NCBI GenBank assembly: GCA_048618745.1
Contig: JBMCCQ010000001.1
Location: forward strand, 1 to 52,587
Reading direction: 5' to 3'
Source of the DNA: Candidatus Nanoarchaeia archaeon
Lineage (GTDB): Archaea > Nanobdellota > Nanobdellia > Woesearchaeales > DSVV01
DNA: 52,587 nt
Both the position numbers and the translations under genes were made by a program. Shown piece by piece: positions 7,601 through 15,760 of this stretch. Numbering within the stretch: position 1 is the stretch's first letter; each line of letters starts with the position of its first letter. Below the pieces are notes generated by a model that had not been told where the DNA came from, did not search any database, and saw nothing but the letters and a program-made list of their open reading frames with translations.

Positions 7601-8356
7601 ATGGATCAAGGAGGTTTAATAGTGAACGGAAAAGAAGTCAAGTACCTTACAAAAGGGGAAGGTGAGCCTTTAATCTTTTTGCATGGTTATAGTTGTGAAC
7701 CATACTATTATTCTGAGATGCTTGAAAAACTTTCCCAAAAATATAAAGTATATGCCCCAAGGGTTTACGGCCTTGAGCCATTTCTTCGTAACTATTCTCT
7801 TGAAGATTATGTAGAGATAACCAAAGGTTTTATTCAAAAGTTAGGTGAAAGCCACCCCTATATTGTTGGCCATTCCCTTGGAGGGGCTATTGCTATTCGC
7901 TGTTCAGAAGAAATGAGCAATATTAGAGGTATTGTTTGTATAAACAACCTTTACCCAAATAAAAATGGAGTACACAGGTTTCTTGGCTCATACTTTAAAA
8001 TGATTTCCAGGGAGGTAAGTGGAAGATATGTGCCCAAAGAAAAAAAGCATCATGTGAGAAAAAAAGCACTAAGTTATCTACCGCCTTTTCTTTTCAATAA
8101 GTTCAAAGCCCCAGGCCCACTAATCTCTCATTTAAGAGAGTTTGGTAATTTTGATTTTCAGAAGAGAGTAATTGAAATTCCAAGTCTTTTTTTGTTAAGT
8201 GATAAAGATGAATTCTTTGGTATAGATAAATTCTCTTACTTAGAGGATAAATTTGCCAATTATAAATGTGAAGTTGTGAGAAACAGAGGCCATATGTGGC
8301 CTGCCTATGAGCCGGAAGAGATTTCCACCAAAATAATTGAATTTTTCAATAATTAG
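7601..8356 (+). CDS. Alpha/beta-fold hydrolase
   Basis: FLHGYS oxyanion region, GHSLGG nucleophile elbow, and late Asp (SDKDEFF) and His (RGHMWP) residues. Confidence 0.75.
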   Translation: MDQGGLIVNGKEVKYLTKGEGEPLIFLHGYSCEPYYYSEMLEKLSQKYKVYAPRVYGLEPFLRNYSLEDYVEITKGFIQKLGESHPYIVGHSLGGAIAIRCSEEMSNIRGIVCINNLYPNKNGVHRFLGSYFKMISREVSGRYVPKEKKHHVRKKALSYLPPFLFNKFKAPGPLISHLREFGNFDFQKRVIEIPSLFLLSDKDEFFGIDKFSYLEDKFANYKCEVVRNRGHMWPAYEPEEISTKIIEFFNN

Positions 8357-8507
8357 GAAATCATAAACCCTCGCACAAAGAATTAGGCTAAATTAATATC
8401 TTTGCAAATCCACTGTCTCTGTGAAATAGAAATTAAACACGGACCAGGAGACAGCATCACGCAACGGACTTTTAATTCAGCGAGATTTGCCTCCAGTTCC
8501 TAAAACA

Positions 8508-8653
8508 CGGACCAGGAGGGATTCGAACCCCCGATCTACGGCTCACTTCTAAAGCAACGCTTTTGAAGGATTACAAAGCGAAGCTTCAAAATAGAAGGCC
8601 GTCGCATTATTTGCCCCTGGCTTGTATGCCTGCCCAGGCTATGCTACTGGTCC
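8508..8653 (-). tRNA. tRNA-Arg (anticodon UCU) with a 48-nt canonical intron and a probable second insertion in the D-arm
   Basis: Minus strand: acceptor GGACCAG/CTGGTCC; T arm GGGGG-TTCGAAT-CCCTC; anticodon stem ACGGC/GCCGT; loop CTTCTA|intron|A. The intron (8544-8591) pairs TAGAAG with the anticodon region CTTCTA in BHB style. D stem GCAT/ATGC encloses 33 nt instead of about 10. Confidence 0.8.
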
Positions 8654-8753
8654 AACAATAGCCTTTGGGTTAATAACCTTTTTTAAAAGTTTTCGGATAA
8701 ATGCAGTGTTTGCTTTTTGATTTGTTTTTAATTGCTGTATTACAGTACAAAAA

Positions 8754-8764
8754 ATTATAAATAT
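8754..8764 (+). promoter_or_regulatory. TATA-box-like element about 27 nt upstream of the ATG at 8787 (leaderless pattern)
   Basis: ATTATAAATAT centred about 27 nt before the start codon, with no Shine-Dalgarno in between. Confidence 0.4.
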
Positions 8765-8786
8765 TTTTTAATACATAAAAAAAGTA

Positions 8787-9296
8787 ATGAAAATACTTGC
8801 TGCTGTTACAGCAGGCACCGGGGGGACGACTCAGTATTGTATGGCACCTTGTTCTGGACAGAAGTCCGCTAAAATAGCAGAAAAACTAATGGAAAATGTT
8901 GCCAGTGATTATACCAGTGAAGAGCTGTCTAATATAGTTGTTCTCTATGCAGACAACAAAAACAAAGCTTTTAATGCTAACAGGCAGGTTGCAGAAGAAA
9001 TTGCGCATAGTTTGGATGCAAGGCTCAAACGAGACCCTGCTTTATTAACACAGAACGTAGTTGATGAAATTGGGTTCAATAAGGCTCACAGGAATACTAC
9101 CGACCTAGCCGGCTACTTAAACAATATTTTGGCCCAGGATGAACATTATATAATTGTAGCGGGCCCAACTGTTGTAAAAGAGATCAATAACTATTTTCAA
9201 AATAATTTTGGGATGGGTAACGGACATAAGCCGTTATCAGAAGCAGAGGGTGTTCTTTATTCTGTTGAAAAAGGCCTTGTTGATTATCTTCCCTGA
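8787..9296 (+). CDS. Hypothetical protein (169 aa)
   Basis: Clean ORF with an ATG start and a TATA element at leaderless distance. No family recognised. Confidence 0.5.
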   Translation: MKILAAVTAGTGGTTQYCMAPCSGQKSAKIAEKLMENVASDYTSEELSNIVVLYADNKNKAFNANRQVAEEIAHSLDARLKRDPALLTQNVVDEIGFNKAHRNTTDLAGYLNNILAQDEHYIIVAGPTVVKEINNYFQNNFGMGNGHKPLSEAEGVLYSVEKGLVDYLP

Positions 9297-9338
9297 TGTA
9301 ATTTTACCGAGTTCTCTGACACCACGGAAACAAATAGA

Positions 9339-9348
9339 TTTATAAATA
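9339..9348 (+). promoter_or_regulatory. TATA-box-like element (TTTATAAATA), first of two upstream of the L3 operon
   Basis: Identical to the motif at 382-391. Followed by the hairpin TTGGCA-aaagaaa-TGCCAA (9372-9390). Confidence 0.35.
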
Positions 9349-9400
9349 ACATCTTAAACCCGCCGTAAACGTTGGCAAAAGAAATGCCAAATACAAAACA

Positions 9401-9410
9401 TTTATAAAAC
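9401..9410 (+). promoter_or_regulatory. TATA-box-like element (TTTATAAAAC), second of two upstream of the L3 operon
   Basis: Lies 180 nt upstream of the L3 ATG. Two hairpins and a T7 run follow it. Confidence 0.35.
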
Positions 9411-9589
9411 AACCAAGTTTCATTCAAGAAACTGTCAAATGCCGTTTATACGTATAATGTTTGTTTAAACGGTGCGCAAAAACCAAACCAAGCCTGAAAA
9501 AAGCCTTTTTTTCAGTACGAGGTTTAATTATCTCGTTCTCTGAGGAAACAAGGTCTTTTGAAGGTAGTAAAGCTGAATGTTAGGTAAAA

Positions 9590-10558
9590 ATGCCAGATAA
9601 GCATAAACCAAGAGCGGGGTCAATGCAATATTGGCCAAGAAAACGTGCAAGTAGTCCTGTAGCCAGAGTAAGATCATGGGCCTCCGGAAAAAATGCCCAG
9701 TTGTTGGGTTTTGCAGGTTATAAAGTAGGAATGACTCATGTGATTGCTGTAGATAACAGGCCAAAATCATTGACTAAAGGAGAAAAAATTTCAATTCCTG
9801 TCTCAATAATTGAATGCCCTGCCATAAAAATTGCTTCTATAAGAGTATATAAAAACGGTAAAGTGGCCGGGGAGTATTTGGCTAAAAATCTTGACAAAGA
9901 GCTGGCAAGAAAACTCAGCCTTTCAAAAAAAAACGCCAAGGTACTTGATGAGCTAAATCCTGATGATTTTGATGAGTTAAGGGCAAATGTTTACACACAG
10001 CCCAAGAGAACAGGAATTGGCAAAAAAAAACCCGAGTTCTTTGAAATGGCAGTAGGCGGAAGTAAAGAAGACGCTCTAAACTATTTAAAAGAAAACCTTG
10101 GCAAGGAAATTGATGTTGCAGACATCTTTTCCGAGGGGCAGATGGTTGATGTCCACTCTGTTACAAAAGGAAAAGGCTACCAGGGGCCAGTCAAAAGGTT
10201 TGGAATTTCAGTTAAGTCAATAAAATCAGAAAAAATCAAGAGAGCTCCCGGTTCTATTGCAGGTGGATGGAAAGCTCATGGGCATATGATGTACAGGGTT
10301 CCTGATGCAGGACAGACTGGTTTTCATACAAGAACTGAACATAATAAACAGATTTTGTCAATTAATGATAACCCTGAGCTTGTGAATCCGCAGGGCGGGT
10401 TCGTAAGATATGGGTTGGTTAAAAACAAATACCTTCTTGTGAAGGGGTCAGTAGGCGGAGCAAGAAAAAGGCTGGTAAGGTTTTGTATGCCTCTTAGGAA
10501 AAAACCGCAAGGGGCATTTGATATTGTAGAGATATCCACTAAATCAAAACAGGGTTAA
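9590..10558 (+). CDS. rpl3: 50S ribosomal protein L3 (uL3)
   Basis: PRAGSMQYWPRKRA...FAGYKVGMTHV...TKGKGYQGPVKRFG is a uL3 signature. First gene of the S10/spc-type superoperon. Confidence 0.94.
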   Translation: MPDKHKPRAGSMQYWPRKRASSPVARVRSWASGKNAQLLGFAGYKVGMTHVIAVDNRPKSLTKGEKISIPVSIIECPAIKIASIRVYKNGKVAGEYLAKNLDKELARKLSLSKKNAKVLDELNPDDFDELRANVYTQPKRTGIGKKKPEFFEMAVGGSKEDALNYLKENLGKEIDVADIFSEGQMVDVHSVTKGKGYQGPVKRFGISVKSIKSEKIKRAPGSIAGGWKAHGHMMYRVPDAGQTGFHTRTEHNKQILSINDNPELVNPQGGFVRYGLVKNKYLLVKGSVGGARKRLVRFCMPLRKKPQGAFDIVEISTKSKQG

Positions 10559-10562
10559 AAAA

Positions 10563-11378
10563 ATGAAGTTGCCTGTATTAGACACAAAAAATAATGAAGT
10601 GGGAAAAATTGAACTTCCCTCGCAGTTTAACGAGCCTGTAAGAAAGGACCTTATCAAAAAGGCAGTTGAAGCAATCAAAGCAAACTCAAGACAGCCATAT
10701 GGGGCAAATCCGCGAGCGGGTCTTAGGCAGTCTGCAGAGTTGTCCAGGAGAAGGCACACTTACAGAGGCGCTTATGGTCATGGAATCTCTCGTGTTCCAA
10801 GGAAAATATTAAGCAGGCGTGGCCAGCAGATGTACTGGGTAGGTGCCGTCGCACCTGGAACTGTTTCGGGTAGAAGGGCTCACCCTCCAAAATCTGAGAA
10901 AGTATGGTCAAAAAAAATGAATGTTAAAGAAAGAAGAATGGCTATCAGATCAGCTCTCTCTGCAACAGTACTTAAAGAAACAGTAAAAGAGAGAGGGCAC
11001 AGGGTACCTGACAATTATCCCTTTATTGCAGAAAATGGTTTTGAAAATATTGAGAAAACAAAAGAAGTCATAGGCACTCTGAACAAACTTGGGTTTTCAG
11101 ATGAACTAGAAAGAGTAAGCGAAAGAAAAATAAGGGCTGGTAAGGGAAAACTCAGGGGAAGAAAATACAAAAGAAAAGTGGGGCCGTTGTTGGTTGTATC
11201 AGACAAATGCAATCTTCAAAAGGCAGCAAGAAATATTCCTGGTGTAAATGTTGTGCTAGTACACAAGCTTAATGCAAAAGAGCTTGCCCCTAATGCGTCT
11301 CTTGGCAGGTGCTGTATATTCACTCAAAAAGCAGTTGAAAGGCTTGCAAATGAAAATCTTTTTGGTGGTAGCAAATGA
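10563..11378 (+). CDS. rpl4: 50S ribosomal protein L4 (uL4)
   Basis: Operon position, plus RQPYGANPRAG...GHGISRVPR...RAGKGKLRGRKYK, typical of archaeal L4. Confidence 0.92.
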   Translation: MKLPVLDTKNNEVGKIELPSQFNEPVRKDLIKKAVEAIKANSRQPYGANPRAGLRQSAELSRRRHTYRGAYGHGISRVPRKILSRRGQQMYWVGAVAPGTVSGRRAHPPKSEKVWSKKMNVKERRMAIRSALSATVLKETVKERGHRVPDNYPFIAENGFENIEKTKEVIGTLNKLGFSDELERVSERKIRAGKGKLRGRKYKRKVGPLLVVSDKCNLQKAARNIPGVNVVLVHKLNAKELAPNASLGRCCIFTQKAVERLANENLFGGSK

Positions 11379-11629
11379 CTAACGTAATCAAACATCCCCT
11401 TTCAACAGAAAAATCCATTCGTTTAATGGAAGCAGAAAATAAACTTGTATTTGTTGTAAATAGAAAGGCAAGAAAAAGTGAAATCAAAAAGGCGCTGGAG
11501 GAGCTCTATAAAGTGAAGATACAAAATATTAACACCTTAATAACTCCTGGCGGCGAAAAAAGGGCATATGTAAAGTTCGATGAGGAATCTCCTGCAATAG
11601 ACCTTGCAACTAAACTTGGGTTGATGTGA
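11375..11629 (+). CDS. rpl23: 50S ribosomal protein L23 (uL23)
   Basis: 84 aa. IKHPLSTEKSIRLMEAENKLVFVV...KRAYVKF. Conserved position. Confidence 0.92.
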   Translation: MTNVIKHPLSTEKSIRLMEAENKLVFVVNRKARKSEIKKALEELYKVKIQNINTLITPGGEKRAYVKFDEESPAIDLATKLGLM

Positions 11630-11630
11630 T

Positions 11631-12362
11631 ATGGGTAAAAGAATAATATCTCAGAGAAGAGGGAAAGGAACTCCTGCTTACAAATCACCTAGTCATAGGT
11701 ATACGGCAAAACCGAGGCATCCTGTAATGTCTGAAGGTATTTCAGGGAAAGTAATTGATATTGTAAAATGCGTTGCCCACTCAGCCCCTTTAGTGAAAAT
11801 CTACTATGAAAATAAAAAAATTGGTTATAACATTGCGCCTGCCGGTGTAAGAATCGGCGATAGTATAAGCTCTGATAAAAAGACACTTAATAATGGAGAT
11901 ACAGTTGCCCTAAAAGATATTACTGAGGGGACTTTTGTATTCAATATTGAATCACAGCCAGGAGATGGCGGCAAATTTGTAAGAAGTAGCGGTGGTGCTG
12001 CCAAGGTTGTAGGTAGGCAGGGTGACAAGGTAGTTGTTGTAATGCCTTCCAAAAGGCAAAAGACATTTTCGGCTCTCTGCCGTGCTACAATTGGTGTTGT
12101 TGCCGGTTCAGGCAGAAAAGAAAAGCCTTTTGTAAAGGCAGGCAATAAACACTATAAGATGAAGGCCAGGAACAAATTGTGGCCAAGAACTGAAGGAGTA
12201 AGGATGAATGCTGTAGACCACCCTTACGGAAACTCACGCTCAAGCAATAAGGGTCATCCAACAATTGCAAGAAAGCATGCTCCTCCGGGGGCAAAAGTTG
12301 GAAAGATAAGGCCTAGGCGGACCGGTAAGAAAGTCGGTAAAGCCAGTAAAAAAGTAAGGTAA
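11631..12362 (+). CDS. rpl2: 50S ribosomal protein L2 (uL2)
   Basis: GKRIISQRRGKG...GGKFVRSSG...WPRTEGVRMNAVDHPYGN is a uL2 signature. Confidence 0.94.
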   Translation: MGKRIISQRRGKGTPAYKSPSHRYTAKPRHPVMSEGISGKVIDIVKCVAHSAPLVKIYYENKKIGYNIAPAGVRIGDSISSDKKTLNNGDTVALKDITEGTFVFNIESQPGDGGKFVRSSGGAAKVVGRQGDKVVVVMPSKRQKTFSALCRATIGVVAGSGRKEKPFVKAGNKHYKMKARNKLWPRTEGVRMNAVDHPYGNSRSSNKGHPTIARKHAPPGAKVGKIRPRRTGKKVGKASKKVR

Positions 12363-12364
12363 AA

Positions 12365-12748
12365 ATGGCTAAAAAACAATTCACATTTAGAGGAAAAACG
12401 CTTGAAGAGCTTCAGCAAATGTCAACTGAAGAGTTTATGCAATACCTTGATGCAAGGAAAAGAAGAAGCCTGCAAAGGGGTCTAAGAGAAGCTCATAAAA
12501 GGTTTTTCGAAAAATTACAAAAGAAAAATGATAATATCAGGACCCATTGCAGAGACCTGATTATAACCCCAAACATGGTTGGAAAAACCATTCACCTTCA
12601 TAGAGGTAAAGAATTTGAACAAATCAGGATACAACCAGAAATGATTGGTTACTATTTGGGAGAGTTTTCATTCAGCCGTAAAAGAGTGAACCACTCAAAT
12701 CCGGGAGTTGGCGCTACAAGGTCAAGCGCTAACGTGTCTGTGAAATAA
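12365..12748 (+). CDS. rps19: 30S ribosomal protein S19 (uS19)
   Basis: TFRGKTLEELQQMS...HLHRGKEF..IGYYLGEFSFSRKRVNHSNPGVGAT is a uS19 signature. Confidence 0.93.
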   Translation: MAKKQFTFRGKTLEELQQMSTEEFMQYLDARKRRSLQRGLREAHKRFFEKLQKKNDNIRTHCRDLIITPNMVGKTIHLHRGKEFEQIRIQPEMIGYYLGEFSFSRKRVNHSNPGVGATRSSANVSVK

Positions 12749-12756
12749 AGGTAAAA

Positions 12757-13425
12757 ATGGCAGAGCACAAATATTCATTTGAAAAATACAAGCCCGAAAC
12801 GATGGCAAGAGTAGTAGGAAGGTCACTTCCTATCTCTACTAAGCACAGCATAGAAATTTGTAACCATATAAGGGGCAAAAAACTTTCAGTAGTTAAAAGA
12901 TTGTTAAGAGAAGCAATTAATAAGGAAAGACCCATACCGTTTAAAAAATTTAATGATGATGTAGGCCATAAAAAGGGTCCATATTCCTCAGCGAGATATC
13001 CTGTAAAAGCAGCAACCTCAATCCTGAAACTGATTGAATCATGTGAAGCCAATGCCCAAAACAAGGCACTTAATACTGATAATATGGCAGTGATACATAC
13101 TAACGCCCATAAAGGCTCTCAACAGCTTAGGCACGGCCGTCACAGAAGAAGACTTATGAAAAGAACTCATGTGGAAGTTGTGCTTGAGGAATTGTCACAA
13201 AAAGAGCCGAAAAAACCTGCTAAGAAAAAATCAACCGGGCAAAAAGAAACTAAATCAGAAGCTCAGGCAGCAGAAACTACCCAATCTTCAGAAAAAATGG
13301 AAACACCTGAAAGCAGCTCTAAAAAAACCACAAAAAAAGAGCAAGTTTCACAAAAACCGCAAGAAAAGGAAAAAACCTCGAGTAAACAACCGGATACTAA
13401 ACCGGATAATAAGGGTAAAAAATGA
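12757..13425 (+). CDS. rpl22: 50S ribosomal protein L22 (uL22) with a C-terminal Lys/Ser/Thr/Glu-rich tail of about 75 aa
   Basis: The core (aa 1 to about 145: ARVVGRSLPISTKHSIEICNHIRGKKL...) is uL22. The tail (SQKEPKKPAKKKSTGQKETKSE...DNKGKK) is low complexity. Confidence 0.9.
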   Translation: MAEHKYSFEKYKPETMARVVGRSLPISTKHSIEICNHIRGKKLSVVKRLLREAINKERPIPFKKFNDDVGHKKGPYSSARYPVKAATSILKLIESCEANAQNKALNTDNMAVIHTNAHKGSQQLRHGRHRRRLMKRTHVEVVLEELSQKEPKKPAKKKSTGQKETKSEAQAAETTQSSEKMETPESSSKKTTKKEQVSQKPQEKEKTSSKQPDTKPDNKGKK

Positions 13426-14222
13426 TTCACAAAAAAATCATGGGAGAAAAAATCAAGGAATATCAGATTCAGACCTTTGTAAAAGACAGTCTGAAAGGGG
13501 TTGGACTTAGCAGTACCAAGCTTCAGATTACTCCTTTAGGAGAAAAGATTATTGTGAGGGCTTCCAGGCCCGGCCTTGTGGTTGGCAGAAAAGGCCAATC
13601 CATTAAGAAATTAACCAATATGCTGAAGAAAAAATTCGGGCTTGAAAATCCCCAGATTGAAATTGATGAGGTAAAGGATACCAGTCAGGACCCTGCTATC
13701 ATAGCCGAAAGCATTGCAACATATCTGGAAAGGTTTGGCTCTGCAAGATTTAAAAGCATTGGTCATAGATGCCTAGAAGATGCAATGAATGGCGGAGCCT
13801 ATGGTGTAGAAATCCTGATTTCGGGAAAAGTTCCAAGTGCACGCTCAAAAAAATGGAGATTTTATAAAGGCTATCTAAAAAAATGCGGGGAAGTTTCAAT
13901 AAATGGTGTGAAGCGTGCCGATGCCATCGCACACCTGAAAACTGGCTCAATAGGTATTCAGGTAAAAATAATGCCAAGAGACATCCAGCTTCCTGATAAG
14001 GCGGTTGTTTTGGATGAGCCGGTAACAGAAGTCGAAGATGTAACCCCTCAGCAAGAAACCGCTGGCACAGAGGTTCAAAAGGAAAAGGAAGACAAGACTA
14101 AAAAAGCCAAAAAAACGACCAAAAAAAGCACAAAGAAGACCACCAAAAAGACTGCTAAGAAAACCACAAAAAAGACTGCCAAAAAATCAACTAAAAAATC
14201 CACAAAAAGCTCTCAAGAATAA
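13422..14222 (+). CDS. rps3: 30S ribosomal protein S3 (uS3) with a C-terminal KKxTKK repeat tail
   Basis: KH domain (IIVRASRPGLVVGRKGQSIKKL) and the uS3 C-domain. The tail reads KKAKKTTKKSTKKTTKKTAKKTTKKTAKKSTKKSTK. Confidence 0.92.
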   Translation: MIHKKIMGEKIKEYQIQTFVKDSLKGVGLSSTKLQITPLGEKIIVRASRPGLVVGRKGQSIKKLTNMLKKKFGLENPQIEIDEVKDTSQDPAIIAESIATYLERFGSARFKSIGHRCLEDAMNGGAYGVEILISGKVPSARSKKWRFYKGYLKKCGEVSINGVKRADAIAHLKTGSIGIQVKIMPRDIQLPDKAVVLDEPVTEVEDVTPQQETAGTEVQKEKEDKTKKAKKTTKKSTKKTTKKTAKKTTKKTAKKSTKKSTKSSQE

Positions 14223-14224
14223 AA

Positions 14225-14428
14225 ATGAAAATTAAAGAAATAAGAAATTTGTCGGAAAAAGACCTCAACAATAAGCTGAGTGAGCTGGAAGATGAATTGA
14301 TTAAACTAAATGCTCAGGCAGCTACGGGTACACAGATGAAAAGTCCAGGTAAGATAAGACAAATTAAAAAAGTAAGGGCCCGTGTTAAAACGGTGCTCAA
14401 GGAGAGAGGAACTAATAATTATGAGTGA
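14225..14428 (+). CDS. rpl29: 50S ribosomal protein L29 (uL29)
   Basis: 67 aa. MKIKEIRNLSEKDLNNKLSELEDELIKL is a typical uL29 helix. Conserved position. Confidence 0.9.
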   Translation: MKIKEIRNLSEKDLNNKLSELEDELIKLNAQAATGTQMKSPGKIRQIKKVRARVKTVLKERGTNNYE

Positions 14429-14747
14429 AATTTGTAACACATGCGGACTCCCCAAGGAGTTATGCGTTTGTGAGTCGATTGCAAAAGAAGCCCAGAAAAT
14501 AAACATATATAACATCAAAAGAAAATTTGGAAAAACCTACACTGTGATTGACGGGATAAATACAAGGGAGCTTGATGTGAAGGATATCGCAAAAAAGCTC
14601 AAAAACAAGCTTGCATGTGGCGGGACCTGGAAGGAAGGTAAAATCGAATTACAGGGGAACCACAAGCAAAAAGCCCGCGACACCCTTGTTTCCTTCGGGT
14701 TTGCGCCCGAAAGTATTGAAATCAAGGAAGGTTTTCCGAATAAATGA
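14421..14747 (+). CDS. Translation initiation factor aSUI1/aIF1
   Basis: MSEICNTCGLPKELCVCE zinc knuckle plus a SUI1 domain (KRKFGKTYTVIDGI...LKNKLACGGT...IELQGNH). The ATG at 14421 is preferred over the ORF-track start at 14382. Confidence 0.88.
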   Translation: MSEICNTCGLPKELCVCESIAKEAQKINIYNIKRKFGKTYTVIDGINTRELDVKDIAKKLKNKLACGGTWKEGKIELQGNHKQKARDTLVSFGFAPESIEIKEGFPNK

Positions 14748-15001
14748 TAATAAAAGACATCAAAAAAGATGAATTGATTGGGCTTCACATTACTATTGTT
14801 GACGCCACAAACCCGTGCCTCAATGGCATAAATGGCAAGGTGGTTGATGAAACAAAGAACACCTTGGTGGTTGAAAACCACAAAAGAATAACACTACTCA
14901 AAAACCAAATAATCATTGAATGCCCTTATAAGGGAAGGTTGTTGAGAATCGACGGAAAAAAACTTGTGAAAAGACCCGAAGACAGGGTTAAGGAAAGGTG
15001 A
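14744..15001 (+). CDS. rnp1: RNase P protein component 1 (Rpp29/Pop4)
   Basis: 85 aa. ELIGLHITIVDATNPCLNGINGKVVDETKNTLVV is the Rpp29 Sm-like core. It sits in the canonical position between L29/SUI1 and S17. Confidence 0.85.
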   Translation: MIIKDIKKDELIGLHITIVDATNPCLNGINGKVVDETKNTLVVENHKRITLLKNQIIIECPYKGRLLRIDGKKLVKRPEDRVKER

Positions 15002-15345
15002 TCATTTTGGCTGAAAAGGCAAAAAACATTGGAGTAAACGTTAAGGTTCCTGAAGAGCCATGCACAGGGGATAAGAATTGTCCATTTCATGGCCAGAGAA
15101 CAGTACATGGTAAGAGTTTCACTGGTAAAGTAATCAAATCAAAAACCCCTTTATGCGTAACAGTTGAGTGTACTGGGAAAAGGTACATCCCCAAGTTTGA
15201 AAGATATAAAAGGATCAGGACGAGGATAAAGGCTCATAACCCTGAATGTATAGCTGCTCAGGAAGGCGACAGGGTTACAATTATGGAAACCAGAAAAATT
15301 AGTAAGACAAAAAATTTTGTTGTTATAGAAAAACTTGAGGAATAA
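14998..15345 (+). CDS. rps17: 30S ribosomal protein S17 (uS17)
   Basis: CPFHG...FTGKVIKSK...RIKAHNPECI.AQEGDRVTIMETRKISKTKNFVV is a uS17 signature. The GTG start overlaps the rnp1 stop (GGTGA). Confidence 0.9.
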   Translation: MIILAEKAKNIGVNVKVPEEPCTGDKNCPFHGQRTVHGKSFTGKVIKSKTPLCVTVECTGKRYIPKFERYKRIRTRIKAHNPECIAAQEGDRVTIMETRKISKTKNFVVIEKLEE

Positions 15346-15346
15346 A

Positions 15347-15748
15347 ATGAAACCAATCAAATCAAGTGTGACAAGAGCATTGCCGCTGGGAGCATACTTG
15401 GATGTATGTGACAACAGCGGCGCAAAAACCCTCAAAATCACAAACGTAAGAAAGCTTAAGACTGTTAAGGGCAGAAATGCCGCAGCCGGTGTAAGCGACC
15501 TTATAATGGGCAGTGTAGTTAAAGGCAAGCCCGAAATAAGAAAAAAAGTTGTGCTTGCAGTTGTAGTAAGGCAACAAAAGGAATACAGAAGAGCCGACGG
15601 TACAAGAGTAAAATTTGAGGATAATGCGTGTGTTATTGTCAAGGATGAAAAAGGCAATCCGCAGGGAACCATACTTAAAGGAGCTATCCCCAAAGAAGTT
15701 ACAAACAGATGGCCCGGGGTTGCAAAACTTGCAAATATTGTTGTATAA
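15347..15748 (+). CDS. rpl14: 50S ribosomal protein L14 (uL14)
   Basis: LDVCDNSGAKTLKI...FEDNACVIVKDEKGNPQGTILKGAIPKEV is a uL14 signature. The ATG at 15347 immediately follows the S17 stop; the ORF-track start is a TTG at 15335. Confidence 0.93.
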   Translation: MKPIKSSVTRALPLGAYLDVCDNSGAKTLKITNVRKLKTVKGRNAAAGVSDLIMGSVVKGKPEIRKKVVLAVVVRQQKEYRRADGTRVKFEDNACVIVKDEKGNPQGTILKGAIPKEVTNRWPGVAKLANIVV

Positions 15749-15760
15749 AGGGTAATTAAT

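Noticed and set aside
7084-9296. Integrated mobile element between or next to tRNA-Cys and tRNA-Arg
   Set aside because: No integrase, transposase, or viral or plasmid gene is recognisable. Only short tRNA-end duplications are present, and these are reported as findings rather than as a mobile element.
13169-13510. 113-aa Lys-rich ORF in an alternative frame
   Set aside because: It overlaps the L22 tail and the S3 start in another frame. It is a product of A-rich low-complexity DNA, and the L22 and S3 frames are supported by conserved cores.
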